This document shows positions 10,989 to 23,226 of a stretch of 64,000 bases of DNA, piece after piece. The position numbers and the translations under genes were made by a program. The notes below the pieces were generated by a model. That model worked only from the letters and a program-made list of their open reading frames with translations, made no database searches and had not been told where the DNA came from. The DNA is from Tubiluchus corallicola. Lineage: Eukaryota > Animalia > Priapulida. How positions within the stretch are numbered: position 1 is the stretch's first letter; every line of letters starts with the position of its first letter. The DNA is taken from positions 39,786 to 103,785 of the forward strand of contig JAQGDQ010000220.1 of the NCBI GenBank assembly GCA_030141605.1. Direction: 5' to 3'.

Positions 10989-11755
10989 CAAGGTGTCCCA
11001 CGTAAACACCCCCATTTATTTATAAACATGAGGCCGTCCCTCCTTTAAACATTGCAAATTGCATGTGTCATAGGGTTACATATCACAATTTCCAAGTAAA
11101 AATGTTTCACATGTCACTGTGTTATTTCTGGGTTTGGATGTCCTTGTTGGAGACAGCCATGGTTTCTCGGCCACTTTATTCAAGAACTATTACTTTTTGC
11201 TTATTTTACTAAGTATGGCAGCACCTACAGATGAATTTATCGAAACAGATAATGATTTAAAATTAATGAGCTTAAAAAAGAAGGAAATATGAGAAATTAT
11301 TAGTTTTGTGTAATATTAATTAAGTTGTGATTGGGTTCATAAAATCAAACAGGTGTAACTTGCATAGGTCGTAAGTCAAGGACTACTTGTAAGTCAGGAG
11401 TGAAGAGCAAAGGTCTCCTAAATGCCATTTAGACCCAAGTCAACTCTGTTAGTTTCAGCAAATTCCACTAGGGGTCCTCAACAAAACTTAAAAATTCATA
11501 CCTTCAAAGAGAGCTTTATTGCTGGCCGAAGCAAACGGTAAAAATGATATATCAAATGAAATTTTATTAAGGTATTGGCAAAAGTCGTTTACAAAAATTT
11601 TGTTTTAGAGATGGCAACATGTGACAGTAAGGAAGGGATTGCGCAAAAAAGAATAACTGGTCAAGTAGTCAGATACAAAACATCCGGACATCCTGTACCT
11701 ATGAATTCAGATGTGGGACATCCCGTACTTAAGAATTCAGATGTGGGACACTCTG
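10989..11755. mobile_element. Probable Tc1/mariner-type MITE just downstream of the Homer stop; one end present in three tandem copies
   Basis: TA|CAAGGTGTCCCA at 10987. Inverted matches GGACATCCTGTA, TGGGACATCCCGTA and TGGGACACTCTG occur at ~30-bp spacing (11684-11755). Confidence 0.5.
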
Positions 11756-11776
11756 TGTCACGTATTATCATCATAG

Positions 11777-11953
11777 TCACGATATTTTTAATGTAGATTC
11801 TATCTCCTTTTGTAGTTCCAATGTTTCACGCATCTTGCTGGTCAGAGTTTCCTGCAAGGCAGCAGCTGCCTTCATAGCTTTTCGACAGTCAGAAAGTTCA
11901 GCGTCCATTTTCTCCATATCCCTCTGCACAGTTTGTTTATCCACTTCCAAATC
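11777..11953 (-). CDS. HOMER: Homer exon 9 (terminal coding exon; coiled coil)
   Basis: tttcag|DLEVDKQTVQRDMEKMDAELSDCRKAMKAAAALQETLTSKMRETLELQKEIESTLKIS*. Confidence 0.88.
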   Translation of the reverse strand, partial: DLEVDKQTVQRDMEKMDAELSDCRKAMKAAAALQETLTSKMRETLELQKEIESTLKIS

Positions 11954-12903
11954 CTGAAATTTTATGTAGATAATGACAAAGTTCCGAATGCAATTTAAAA
12001 TTATTTGTATCACGTACAAAATATTACACAATTACATGGTTTGGCAGCTACATATCTCACAGAATTTTTCATACGCTGTAACAAAGACCAAACACTTCAT
12101 TCTAACAAACTCATTCATATACGCCAGTTCCAAATATAGTGTTCTAGGTGAAAAAGCTTTCCTGTCTGTGCTCCATGCCTCTGGAATAGCTTACCTGTTG
12201 CTATATACTCTGCAAATTTATTAGATTCTGTTAAGTGATATCTTGTTTAGAATGAACTTCCTACAACGAATTAGTTTTTATTTTTTGATGTATTTTAAAT
12301 TTTAATGTATTTTATGAATTTTACATGTATTGTTGTTCAGCATGCTGAGATTTTAAATGATGCACTGCACTACACGAATAAACTTTTTCATTTTCATTTC
12401 ATAATAATTATCTCATTTGCAGTGTAGCAGAAATATCAAACGCACAGTCTAATCATAGGGCCTAGTTTCCCGCTGAAGGAATTCTAACTGGTGACAATTT
12501 TGGAAAGTAATCACTTCATGAAATTAGCTACCTGTTACATGCAAAACAGAAGATTGGTTACTAGCTGACGGTAAATACCAAGATATTGAAAACTGACTGC
12601 TCGACTTAAACTGAGCCTGAACTCAGAAAAGAAATAGTCAAAACATTAAAGCAAGAGTCAAAATGTGTAAATAATCATTTTTGTTAGTGTGAGTAAATGT
12701 AATACCAACTAAAAGCATTTTAGCTGAGAAAAAGTTTACATCATTAAGGGGAGGGAAACACTTGAATGGCCATCTCACCTTAGAGATCGAAATTAAGCAA
12801 TACTGAGTATAGTTAATGTTTGGATGAGTGACAACTGTATACAATATTCAAAGTGGATGGTTTTATTTGTCACAATGGCTCTGAAAGTTTGCATTTTACT
12901 AAC

Positions 12904-12984
12904 CTGGATTTTCTTTTCTAATGTCTCTCTGGTAACTGTCTCTGCCTTCAATTCATCCAGCTGTTCTTTCAGCATGTTGATTTC
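12904..12984 (-). CDS. HOMER: Homer exon 8
   Basis: ttttag|EINMLKEQLDELKAETVTRETLEKKIQ|gttagt; 81 nt. Confidence 0.88.
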
Positions 12985-13599
12985 CTAAAAGTATAAAATC
13001 AGTCAAAGTGAATTACAATGATTGAAAAGCATTTAAAGTTTCTGCTCACAATTTGTAATAATTTAATGATGTTTTACATAGTAAAATTCAATTAATAAGA
13101 CAAATTGTTCGAGTTTTTCATTTGCTGTAAATTTAAAAAATAAAATTTTAAGAAGCGGACTGATACTTGGACCCTAGCAATGGCAAGACTGAAGTTTCAA
13201 ATTTTATAACAACTTAAAGTTGTTTCGAACCTGTCATGTCTATTTGGTGCTTGACTTACTGCTGTAATTTTATCAGGCATCAGTCTACAAATGGTAAGAA
13301 GAAATTTTGTGACCTCCAATCTTTACCCTTTGCCTATCCGACCCAATTTCTTACAAGACCGGAGAATGTCTTCAGTTTTAACCTCTGAAACTTTGGGAGG
13401 AAAGCAAAATTTACTTTTAAATAATTATAAAAAACAATTAAAGGAGCAATTCATAATTGTCTATAATATCCCTCAAAATAAACATGACTCTTCTAATAAC
13501 GTATGTGTTCTCCAGACAATAAATTTTGATGATTAATTTTATACAATGTTTTTATTGATTTGTGTTTATGCAACAATTTTATACAATAAACTTCTTGTG

Positions 13600-13605
<6 letters not shown>

Positions 13606-13642
<37 letters not shown>

Positions 13643-13686
13643 GCGTGAGTGTGTGCGTGTGTGTATGTGAGGGTGTGTGTGTGTGC
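13606..13686. repeat. (TG)n microsatellite
   Basis: Imperfect TG run. Confidence 0.95.
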
Positions 13687-14173
13687 GCATATAATTTTAC
13701 CAATCTATTGCGACATTTGCACTGCAATACATGTATTTTAGTAGTCATATTTCATTTAATTATAATGTGTTTTAGGTAGATTGGAATGACGCAGTTGCCA
13801 ATTGACTGTCTAGTTACCATAAAATAACTGACTGGTGTGCAGTCACATTGTTTGTCAAAGCAGGATATACATTGTACATGTATTCAATTGTTTGTCAATT
13901 GCATGTATTATAAAGGCAATAAAGCATTTGTCTATCTATCTTTCTGTTATATATATATTATATTATTAGATATATTACATGTATCTAAAAAAAGCACAAA
14001 CAGATAATAGAAGAAAATTAAGAGTAAAAATGAACAAATCCACTTGCAGAAGCATGGCTAAATAACTTCATACATAGCAGTGCTAGTAAAATGGGGAGTG
14101 TAATGCATAGAAGTAATCAACAACAGGCTAAGAAAGTTAATGTTGCATTTCGAGTAAATCAAGAGAACAGTAC

Positions 14174-14284
14174 CTTTTCTTTTACTTCATTCTCGTTTTC
14201 CAGTCGCCGTATTTTAGAATTCAATTCTTGTTCCTTGTCGTCTGTTAAACTTGAATTGGAATCGTTCAGGTCAGATGTTTTCAG
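14174..14284 (-). CDS. HOMER: Homer exon 7
   Basis: ttgcag|LKTSDLNDSNSSLTDDKEQELNSKIRRLENENEVKEK|gtactg; 111 nt. Confidence 0.82.
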
Positions 14285-15300
14285 CTGCAATACAGAACTC
14301 AATATTACCTCGTGTAAAATAAATGGATTTATTAATCGGATGGATTTATAAACTGAGAAGACCTATTAAGTGGCATTTTCTATGTTATTGCAAAACGTAT
14401 TGTTTATTTGAAGCCAACACTCTTAGTGCTCAGTAAACTGCTAGCAAAAAGTTTTTAAGTAAAATATAATAATTTATTACCATTCATATAAAATTAGTAA
14501 GTAAGTTGTGTAAAGTAAGTATTGTTTGTCTACGATGGCATTCACTTTATGTGATAAGCGGGTTTGCCAAGTTAAAAAATGCAATACATGCAACTTTAAT
14601 ATCAGGAATGACTCAGCATTCATTGATTTGAGTCATTGGAATTCTTGTGCACAAAGGGTTTATCAGTTAGAATTAACATGCTAGTGTAATCTAATTATAT
14701 CTCTCATCTTATGCTTGTATGATGCTTCTGCAACGTAATGCGTAAGTTTGACAGCTAAAGATAAAGAATTAAACGGAAAAAATGCAAAGGTGTAAAACAT
14801 GCTTAGAACAAAGATACTGATCTAGCTCAAGTTAAAACGCAGCACAGTGTAGTCTTACTTCACAGTTTTGTCGTCTTTGCATTGCACAAAGCAGATTTAT
14901 AAAGAGAAGTTTGGATTTGACAAACGGCGTATTTTACTAAGTTAAAGCATTATACAGTTTCGTTCCAGCCATAGGTGGCCACGATAAGCAGTTGGATTTA
15001 TTAAGCGAATTCTACTACAGTTGTCAAAAAAGAAAAATTTTCTAATGTGGTGGCTACTGCACAACACACACTCTTGTAAAATTTTACCTTAGGTTCTGTA
15101 GCAGGTGCATAGGCCCTTTTTGTTTTCATTTTTCAGTTACCTGCATGGTGCTGCCACCTGTTTGTTAATCTAGCAAGTATTTAGCTTATTACTGTAGTCT
15201 CTCTAAAATTCTAAAGTGAAGCATCTCAATAACCTTCAATACATTAGCATTTTGGCCTTTTGTGAGCTAGCTGTAGTTGTATGACATTTTTCCTGTCTTT

Positions 15301-15384
15301 GGATCTCTCTGCCAATGCTCTATTTCAATATAGTTTATCTATGGATCTCTCCGCCAATGCTCTATTTCAATATAGTTTATCTAT
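15301..15384. repeat. 42-bp tandem duplication
   Basis: GGATCTCTCYGCCAATGCTCTATTTCAATATAGTTTATCTAT x2. Confidence 0.9.
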
Positions 15385-15889
15385 GTCAGTTCTTATTTAT
15401 AATTATATCTTTAATCATGCTAAGAACTCTCTTCTACTGTGTATAGACGCTGCAAACTGAATTTTAATAAATGTATTTCAGAAAAAAGAAACTTTTGGTG
15501 AACACATAATATTGATGTTAGTATCCATTTCAGTTTCAATGATATTTCTTTTTTACTAGTTAAACAAACTGCTGTTTGTTTCACGGTATAGTTTCTATTT
15601 GTCTGGCTTCAATACAAAATAGTAGTAGTAAATCTTGTTTATGAATATTATAGACAAAAATGTTCAAAAATAGTAGCATGGCTGCATTTATATTCTCTTA
15701 GCTTTACTGGTCATAAAAACTCAAGACTAAAAAGAGTAAAAAACTAAAATAGTAAAAACTAAAAGACAGGAAAGCAGCTAACAGCAGACGGTAATCCTAA
15801 TCCATCAAACATATCGCCATCACCCATGTTCAAGGTTCAAGCTAAGCTATTACAAATTTCTTGCCAAAACCAAAGAAATGATGACGCAC

Positions 15890-16046
15890 TTTTTCTTTTA
15901 ATAAGGCATTCTCTTCTTTGAAGGACATTAGTTGTTTCTTCCACTCTTCTACATTCGCTGTACTTTCTTGCAAGGCAGTTGTGAGGCGTTTGTTGTTGTT
16001 GTTCAAGGTTTCGAGCTCTTGCTCCCACTTTTTGGCATTTGTAGAA
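15890..16046 (-). CDS. HOMER: Homer exon 6
   Basis: tttcag|T STNAKKWEQELETLNNNNKRLTTALQESTANVEEWKKQLMSFKEENALLKEK|gtgcgt; 157 nt; conserved Homer coiled-coil motif. Confidence 0.95.
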
Positions 16047-16134
16047 CTGAAATATGCAGTGAAATAGGACAAGTAGATAGCTGTGTTTAATAAAGAATGG
16101 CCCATTGATTTAGTACTCAGCAGCAGGGGTTAAT

Positions 16135-16735
16135 AAAAGGAAAACCGGACCCAATCTTAAACTGTAAGGCAAACAATCTACTTTTTAAAGTATTGAATGG
16201 AAATATACTATTTTTTTCAAAAATGACTTATGCAAAAGAATTGTTACCACACAAATGCAAGTTTGTGTTGGCGCCACTGGTTCTTTGCTGTTACATGCAT
16301 TTTGCCATTCACTAATTAGAATACTACTGCCTGCATTTCGGAAATGCGCTGCACAAAAAACAGGTGCTGTACCTCTCAGTTCAGATACGTTCATCTGCGA
16401 TGTACTGCACACGCTAGACAGCTCATGTGTAAGCACAGCGGTAAATTTGAAATTTAAATTTCTATCTTAAAACTTGCCGAGTTTTAGTGCAACACACTGA
16501 ATCTCTTACAGTAGTGCTGTACCTCAATTTCCACTTTCACAAACATGTGCAACACACTCATGGAAAGTTTTTGCTGTTGAAAATTATGTTCGTCTGTGAT
16601 GTCATCAATAGTTGGACTCGCCTGCCATTAATTAAGATTATAATCTATTTTTTAATTATCAGAAAGACTTTTGCTGTATTACTGGCATTAAAATGTATAC
16701 TTTTTACCGTACTTGAAAATTGTGAAAACTGAAAT
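16135..16735 (+). mobile_element. Dispersed repeat family C, copy in Homer intron 5
   Basis: Aligns along its length with the reverse complement of ~48270-48846 (e.g. CCGGACCCA.TCTTAAA, AAAACAGGT.CTGTA, GGTAAATTTGAAATTT, GATGTCATCA). Confidence 0.75.
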
Positions 16736-17012
16736 TTGGTGCGTGTGTGAAAGACTTACGACGTATGTGATACATGCCTAATGCAGATCTGGACTAGACA
16801 GCAGGCACTAGTGCAGGCTTAATTGCAGTTAGGATCGAGGTATTCAAGACAGGAATTCGACTCTTTTAGTTACAAAGCACATAAAAGCATGCTGATTTTT
16901 TACATATACTTTTACTGTTGTCTTCTAATTTAAATATCATAGTTGCATTATCAGTGAGACATACTGTAAGACATAAAAGGGGGGGGGGCATTATTACGAG
17001 AATGCAACATAC

Positions 17013-17113
17013 CTCTGAGCTAGGGCAATCTTTAACTTCTCATTTTCATACTTGAGCTGAGCTTCTGTAGTAGGGAAGGTGGATGGACTCTTCGGACTGT
17101 CAGGTGTCGCCGT
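17013..17113 (-). CDS. HOMER: Homer exon 5
   Basis: ctccag|TATPDSPKSPSTFPTTEAQLKYENEKLKIALAQ(S)|gtatgt; the QLKYENxKLKxALAQS motif is typical of invertebrate Homer. Confidence 0.92.
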
Positions 17114-18758
17114 CTGGAGAAAAGTAACAGCACCATGTTAGCAACATCCGTGATATTCAAGTGTATTCAATTGTCACTTACGTTCAACAGTTTTTAAGAG
17201 GTTAATCTCATTTGTTACTTAAGTTTCACAAATAACTTCTGCCTTTGTGCTTCAGAGATGATTAATTTTTCATGTTCAAAAACAGATGGTGCTGTAATAT
17301 TTCACAGATTTATAAAAGGAACTGTGAACATTGTATTGAGCAGCTTATACCGAGTTGTATGCTTCAAATGCATACATTTTTAACAAGTAGTACTCCATAT
17401 TTTACCAAGCTCTTGTCTAGGCGAATTGAAACAGCTTATCCATTATATTTTGCACTCTCAATTGGAGATTCGCTCAGGCAGGCTTTATAGACAAGTATGA
17501 ACATTTCATTTCACTTGGACCGAGACTCTCATGTCGTACGATGAGGCACTCAAAAAAGGCAAATTCAAGGCATAAAACTTTTTAGAGGCAGTTCAAGAAG
17601 CCGAGGGAAATGCAGCCCACTTAAGTAAGTGCAGTTTGCACTATACTGTGCCACAATGCATAGTCTGTTTGTAAATAGTGTGGTGGTGCTTTCTTTGAAT
17701 TTACTGCTGAAAGCAATTTTAATAATTTCATTTTATTGGTGTTCATTACAGTGCTGAATATACGGAATCAGCAGCATAAAACGACTGCAATTTTGTACGA
17801 AAATCAATGCTGCCTGGTCAGAAATAGTGCCTGAATGATATCTCCAAGGAAATATAATTTGCAGTAGCCTATTAATTCACTAATGTTCTCTGCATTAATT
17901 AAAAAACTGAAAGGTGCGAGTGATTAAAACATATTGATAGGTAACATGTTGCAAAATTAAGAGCAAATTCAAATTGAAATTTTCTAAATAAGTATCGGAT
18001 TAGCATGAATAAGATTAATTAGCAATTTAGGATAGAAATTTAAGACTAAATTTAATTTACACGGTTACAATATGATCCTAGTAAATGTTTAGTATTATTA
18101 CTAGTATTAGAAAGAGTAATATAAAGTACGGATAAAGAAAGATACAGAAAGAGTACTAAAGTAAGAAATGATAATTGATAAATACTCTAAAATTTTGCAA
18201 AAAAGGAAAGAAAATATAAAGTGATGAAAAGGCATTTTAATCATTTCGATTAGTAAAATGAGAGAACTGCATTTATCACAGCACCAATTCAGATTATCAG
18301 CAAGTCTAAAATTTTCCAGCTACAACTGTGGAAAAACTTTGCCGTATTAGCACCATTAAATGGCATCAGTTTATAAAGCTAGTTCTTTGTTATCAATAGA
18401 TACTGTCACTACATGCACACTCCACTATAGTGATGCCATCCAAAAAATTCTGTAATTGAGTTAGCAGCAGCTGTTATACTTTAAGGAATAAAATTCTGAG
18501 AAAGTGTAAACTATAATACTATAATACTGTAGTAATACTATATAGTAAAGTGTAAAAGTAATGCTATAAAATTTCTAGCAAGTCTAACTAACGTAGGTAA
18601 AACTAGATGCACGTGCAAGTAAAGGTAAATGTTAGTATATTAGATATAGATGGGCAACCAGAAAAAAAGTAGGTGTAACAATGTTACTAGTCAAATCAAT
18701 GATGATAAATTATCATACCTGCAAAAATTATCACACCTGCACACATATATTATCATAC

Positions 18759-18905
18759 CTGTATAAGGCCAGGCGAGTTATGCAGTCGCAGTTTGGGACT
18801 CTGATTTCCAGAACCATCCTCTCTGAGTTGGGATTGCAATGTACCATTCTGTTTTTGACTCGCAATACGCGTGGCCTCCTTCACTTCTTTGAACTTCTCA
18901 TGGAA
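18759..18905 (-). CDS. HOMER: Homer exon 4
   Basis: ttccag|FHEKFKEVKEATRIASQKQNG...PGLIQ|gtatga; end of the EVH1 domain. Confidence 0.9.
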
Positions 18906-19348
18906 CTGGAAGATCGTCAAAACACAACTGAAGTACAATCACAAAAATAAAGTCCACAAGTTCTTAATGGATGACGTGACTGTGTGGTTTTGGGAATGCT
19001 TGGATAGTTGATGATTCAAAATGAGTTTCTAGATCCAAAAATTCTGACTGTGTCAGAATGGATGGCTTCAAGGATCGAAAATGGTTAAAAAAAGATGTTC
19101 CAGTCACTGAATTGATCCAATCTGATCAGTTAAAGGCATAAAATACTCTAAAATACTCTGTTAAAAGCATAAATTTCCAATTTATCTGAAGTGCATTGGC
19201 TTCTTTCTACCCTATAGTTTATAAAATAACTAACAGACATTCAAATTATAAAACCCGGTCAAACATTTACAGAGTTTTAATTATTATTTACTGTCATCTC
19301 TGAAACAAAAAACACAGATATGCTAATCTACATAACATCTTTGCCTAA

Positions 19349-19830
19349 AAGGGAAGAAAAAGCAATTTTAATGTTTCAAAAATTACAACGTTATATTACT
19401 TAAAATTACGTTTATAAGCTTGAAAGGTATATGTATTTAGAAAAGAAAATTCTTAGTAATTTAAAATGTTCATGCCACCAGGTAAAACAGCACTGCGTCA
19501 CCATCCCAGTGTGCACCACTGATTCACCAAAAAACATATTTTTAATCTTATTGATAACATAAAATAAAGTAAATTTTTGCTTAGTTAGTGAAGTGTGTGC
19601 TATGTATGCTCTTACTGTTTTTCAAATTTTACTCAATACTATCTAAACTTGTTTCAAACTACTGGCTATTGAAATGGCTGTGCCTACTTGTCACTGATGG
19701 AGTTTAAATTTAGAAATTTTATGCAGCATCACTGCTAACACAAGTTCTATATGCAGCAATGCAGTATGTAGGTGAAACAAAATTTCAAGACGAATTTTTT
19801 AAATTTCATCTAAGAAGTGTTTCTTGTCCT
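19349..19830 (+). mobile_element. Kolobok/T2-like MITE family A
   Basis: AAGGGAAGAAAA ... TTTCTTGTCCT|TTAA; internal homology to the other copies. Confidence 0.75.
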
Positions 19831-20295
19831 TTAACAGTCTCTTAAAATGACTCAGCTGATGTTTTTGCAAGAATGCATGTGCCATTTTCAATATCGCATC
19901 ATTATTCATAGTAACATTGTAAGCTATGTTCTATGTTGAAGGTGGTGCACGTTTTTGCCAAAACATTAGCTAAATAAACTGTTTACTAAATGTGTTAGCA
20001 TTGGGCATCTGCCTGAGGACGACAATTAAGACGATATAAAAAACTTCTCTGTGCATGACGTAAGTCTTGAGATCTATGGTGGACACGTACATACTTTTGC
20101 TCCATTATAAGCCTCTTGCTCCATTATTAATAGATTTGTACTTTTATTTGCAAAAGCTGGACTATTACCATACGAAATGTTTTAATTAGGCTAATGCACT
20201 ATCTGTGTTAGATCATCATTTGCAAGAATTTTGCAGAAATGCATTAGCAAGCAAAAATTGGTTTACAAAGTGTAACGTCGGTGAACCATTCATGA

Positions 20296-20475
20296 CTGAC
20301 TACACAGACTAATTGTATATGGATCAAAATTTTGACTACACAGACTAATTCTATATGGATCAAAATTGTGACTACACGGATTAATTATATATGGATCAAA
20401 ATTGTGACTACACGGATTAATTCTATACGGTTCAAAATTGTTACTACACAGACTAATTCTACATGGATCAAAATC
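20296..20475. repeat. 36-bp minisatellite, ~5 copies
   Basis: Unit TGACTACACRGAYTAATTCTATATGGATCAAAATTG. Confidence 0.92.
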
Positions 20476-21280
20476 TTGTTTATTGAGTTCCATTATAGAT
20501 GAAGGATTGATCTTGAACTATGTAGCTCCAGATAAAACAATTGGCATTAAGAACAAGCTTTTTTGCAAACCTGCAATCCAAGTTCAATGTGGACTTAAAG
20601 AACTAACAAGAATAACTAGTACATAGAAAAAGTAGACTTTTAGTTCGAACGCCAGGAGGGACAAATAATAGTGCAAATGTAGTCAATTGTGGCATGTGGT
20701 CATTACAGCGGCACATCAATAGGCTGGCAAATTATGATTGGCCGTGATTAGTAAGCAGCAATGTGACACGTCTGATCGACGCTGATGTCCTGTTTAGACT
20801 CGATCAACTGTCATGCAATTGATTGCTGTCATTTAGAAAGAGATGCAATTACACTCGATTAGACGCGTTAGCTTTGAGCCTTCAAGGCTTCATGATCAGT
20901 CAAGTGTCACGTGGAAGCCACATTTCCTGTCATTTGCAGGAGCGACAATCTCCAGGGAGCAGAGTAGTGAAGGAGAAATGAAGAGAGCATTTTCGTTTGA
21001 ACAAACTTCAGTATAAGGTCTTCTTCACGTTTTTCCAAAACTGAACATAAATTCGACATGACTTGACTTCATATTCGACACGAAATGTTCATATTGGATT
21101 AATTCACGCCGAGAAAGCAAAAGGCACAGGCTCGAGTACCATTTGAGATGCAGAAATTGTTCAGACTTTTTAATTTTGTATTACTTTTATGGGTTTATTG
21201 GATTAGGCATGGTAAAAAACAGAACAAAAAGCTAGCATTGCATTTGAATTTTGTTACATGTAAGATTTGCTGCTTAATTA

Positions 21281-21561
21281 CTGTTTAATGTAACATTCAT
21301 TGTCCTGTTGTTTATTTTGCTGTTTAATGTAACCTCCATTGTCCGGTTGTTTATTTTGCTGTTTAAGGTAACATTCATTGTCCAGTTGTTTATTTTGCTG
21401 TTTAATGTAACCTCCATTGTCCTGTTGTTTAATTTGCTGTTTAATGTAACATTCATTGTCCTGTTGTTTAATTTGCTGTTTAATGCAACCTCCATTGTCC
21501 TGTTGTTTAATTTGCTGTTTAATGTAACCTCCATTGTCCTGTTGTTTAATTTGCTGTTTAC
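21281..21561. repeat. 39-bp minisatellite, ~7 copies
   Basis: Unit CTGTTTAATGTAACMTYCATTGTCCTGTTGTTTAWTTTG; the ATTC and CTCC variants largely alternate. Confidence 0.95.
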
Positions 21562-21614
21562 ATGTAATGTTATTTTACCGGTAGTTAATTTGCTGGTAAA
21601 ACATCATTGGTTCA

Positions 21615-21940
21615 ACTTCCCAGTGTGCCCCACTGGTTCACTAAAACATGTTAAGGACCTTATTAACAACACAAAATAATTTAGACTTTTGCTTAGTTAG
21701 TGAAGTGTGTGAGCACTGCAAATGCTCTGATTATATTTCACGCTTTATGTAATATTATCTAAACTTTGTTTCAAACAACTTACACTTAAAATAGCGACAG
21801 TTATCTGTAGGAGTTTAAATTTAGATGTTTTATACAGGGTTACTGCTAATACAAGTTCTATATGCAGTAAGACAGCACGTAAGTGATATAAAATTTCAAG
21901 ACGAATTTTATGAGCTTTATTTAAGTGTTGTACTTGTTTC
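21615..21940 (+). mobile_element. Kolobok/T2-like MITE family A, partial
   Basis: CCCAGTGTGC.CCACTG, TTTTGCTTAGTTAGTGAAGTGTGT and AAATTTCAAGACGAATTTT are shared with the other copies. Confidence 0.7.
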
Positions 21941-22244
21941 ACCTTTCTGTAGTCGTTTATGACTGTTTTCACTGCGGACCACTTAAGAAAATGCAATATT
22001 ACATGAATATTTGTATAAGGCCATTATTGTTGGTCGAGCTATAAGACAACCAACCATGTGCGTCTTGGTGCGTTCTTCAATAATGTCATATCGACCAAGA
22101 AACCGCATACTAAATAAATATGGGACAAATGCGCATAGTGCCATGTCTGTAGGTCGTTGCAAATTCACTAGGCTGATAGCCTGTTCAGTTATATAAATTA
22201 TTAGAAAGAAAATGTCTTTCAGGGGAAAATCACTGTAAAATTAA

Positions 22245-22698
22245 AGGAAAAGCCAAGCATTCAGGGAAAATTAGGCTTATTTCAATGTTCTCTAAAATGT
22301 TAGGATTTATTAATAAGCGCCTCGTGTATTCAGTAAAATCACTTCAAAGTCGCGACAATTTCACGTTTAGGTGTTCACATTTTGAACGCCCATTCTTCCA
22401 CAAATAATGTCATTCGTATAAGTTTTAACAAAAAATTAGATAGTTAATTTTGTGATATTTTTGTGCGAACATTAGATAAGCTGCAGATGGCTTATGGAAA
22501 GTCACGATGTGCTTGCAAAAAGGTACAAAGTCCATCACTTATGTCACAAATGAATGTCGGTTACTACCACACCTGAAAATCGAGGTAGTACAAATTAACT
22601 TTACGCTTTATGGAGTTTTCTGTAAATACGTTTGTTGTATTATTCTAAGTTTAAGTGATACCATAAAATAAACCAACACAAGTGATTTCTCCTTTCCT
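22245..22698 (+). mobile_element. Kolobok/T2-like MITE family B
   Basis: TTAA|AGGAAA ... TTTCCT|TTAA; homologous to 47643-48117. Confidence 0.75.
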
Positions 22699-23094
22699 TT
22701 AAAAAGAACAAAGAAAGAAAGGCAAATTAACTTGTAAAAAGTGACATTATAACTCATAGGAACGCCAAGCTATTTAGCTAAATGGTAAAACTAATACAAA
22801 AATTAAAGCTTATAAAACTTCTTAGTTAAATTTGGTGTATTGCGTAATGATTTTAACAGTGGCAAATATATTTTTCCGATTACAATTTTTAACAATTTTA
22901 GCAACATCATATTAGCTACACACATAGTTAACATTGTATCATTAATAGGTCCATTTATGTAAGTATGTATTTTAAAATAAAAGATTAATCATCACCATAG
23001 ATCAGGAAGAGTTAGTTTAGTAGCTTCTAATGTAATATATATCATGAAAGAATATTCTTTACAGTGGCGACTTAGAAAATGATTAGGAACTTAC

Positions 23095-23226
23095 CTTCCC
23101 CAAATCATTTTCCGTAGCAAAGCCTAGACCATATATGGTGTTAGCGCGAGGATCGGCCCACTGACCAAACTTTTGTGACGTCTTCGTGAACACCATGTTC
23201 GGTGTGATTGTGCTGTTGATGACAGC
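23095..23226 (-). CDS. HOMER: Homer exon 3 (EVH1)
   Basis: tttag|[44 protein letters not shown]|gtaagt; 132 nt. Confidence 0.98.

Noticed and set aside
20010-20040. CTGAGGA-CGAC-AATTAA-GACGATA as a minimal hammerhead ribozyme
   Set aside because: Stem II does not pair and GAAA is absent.
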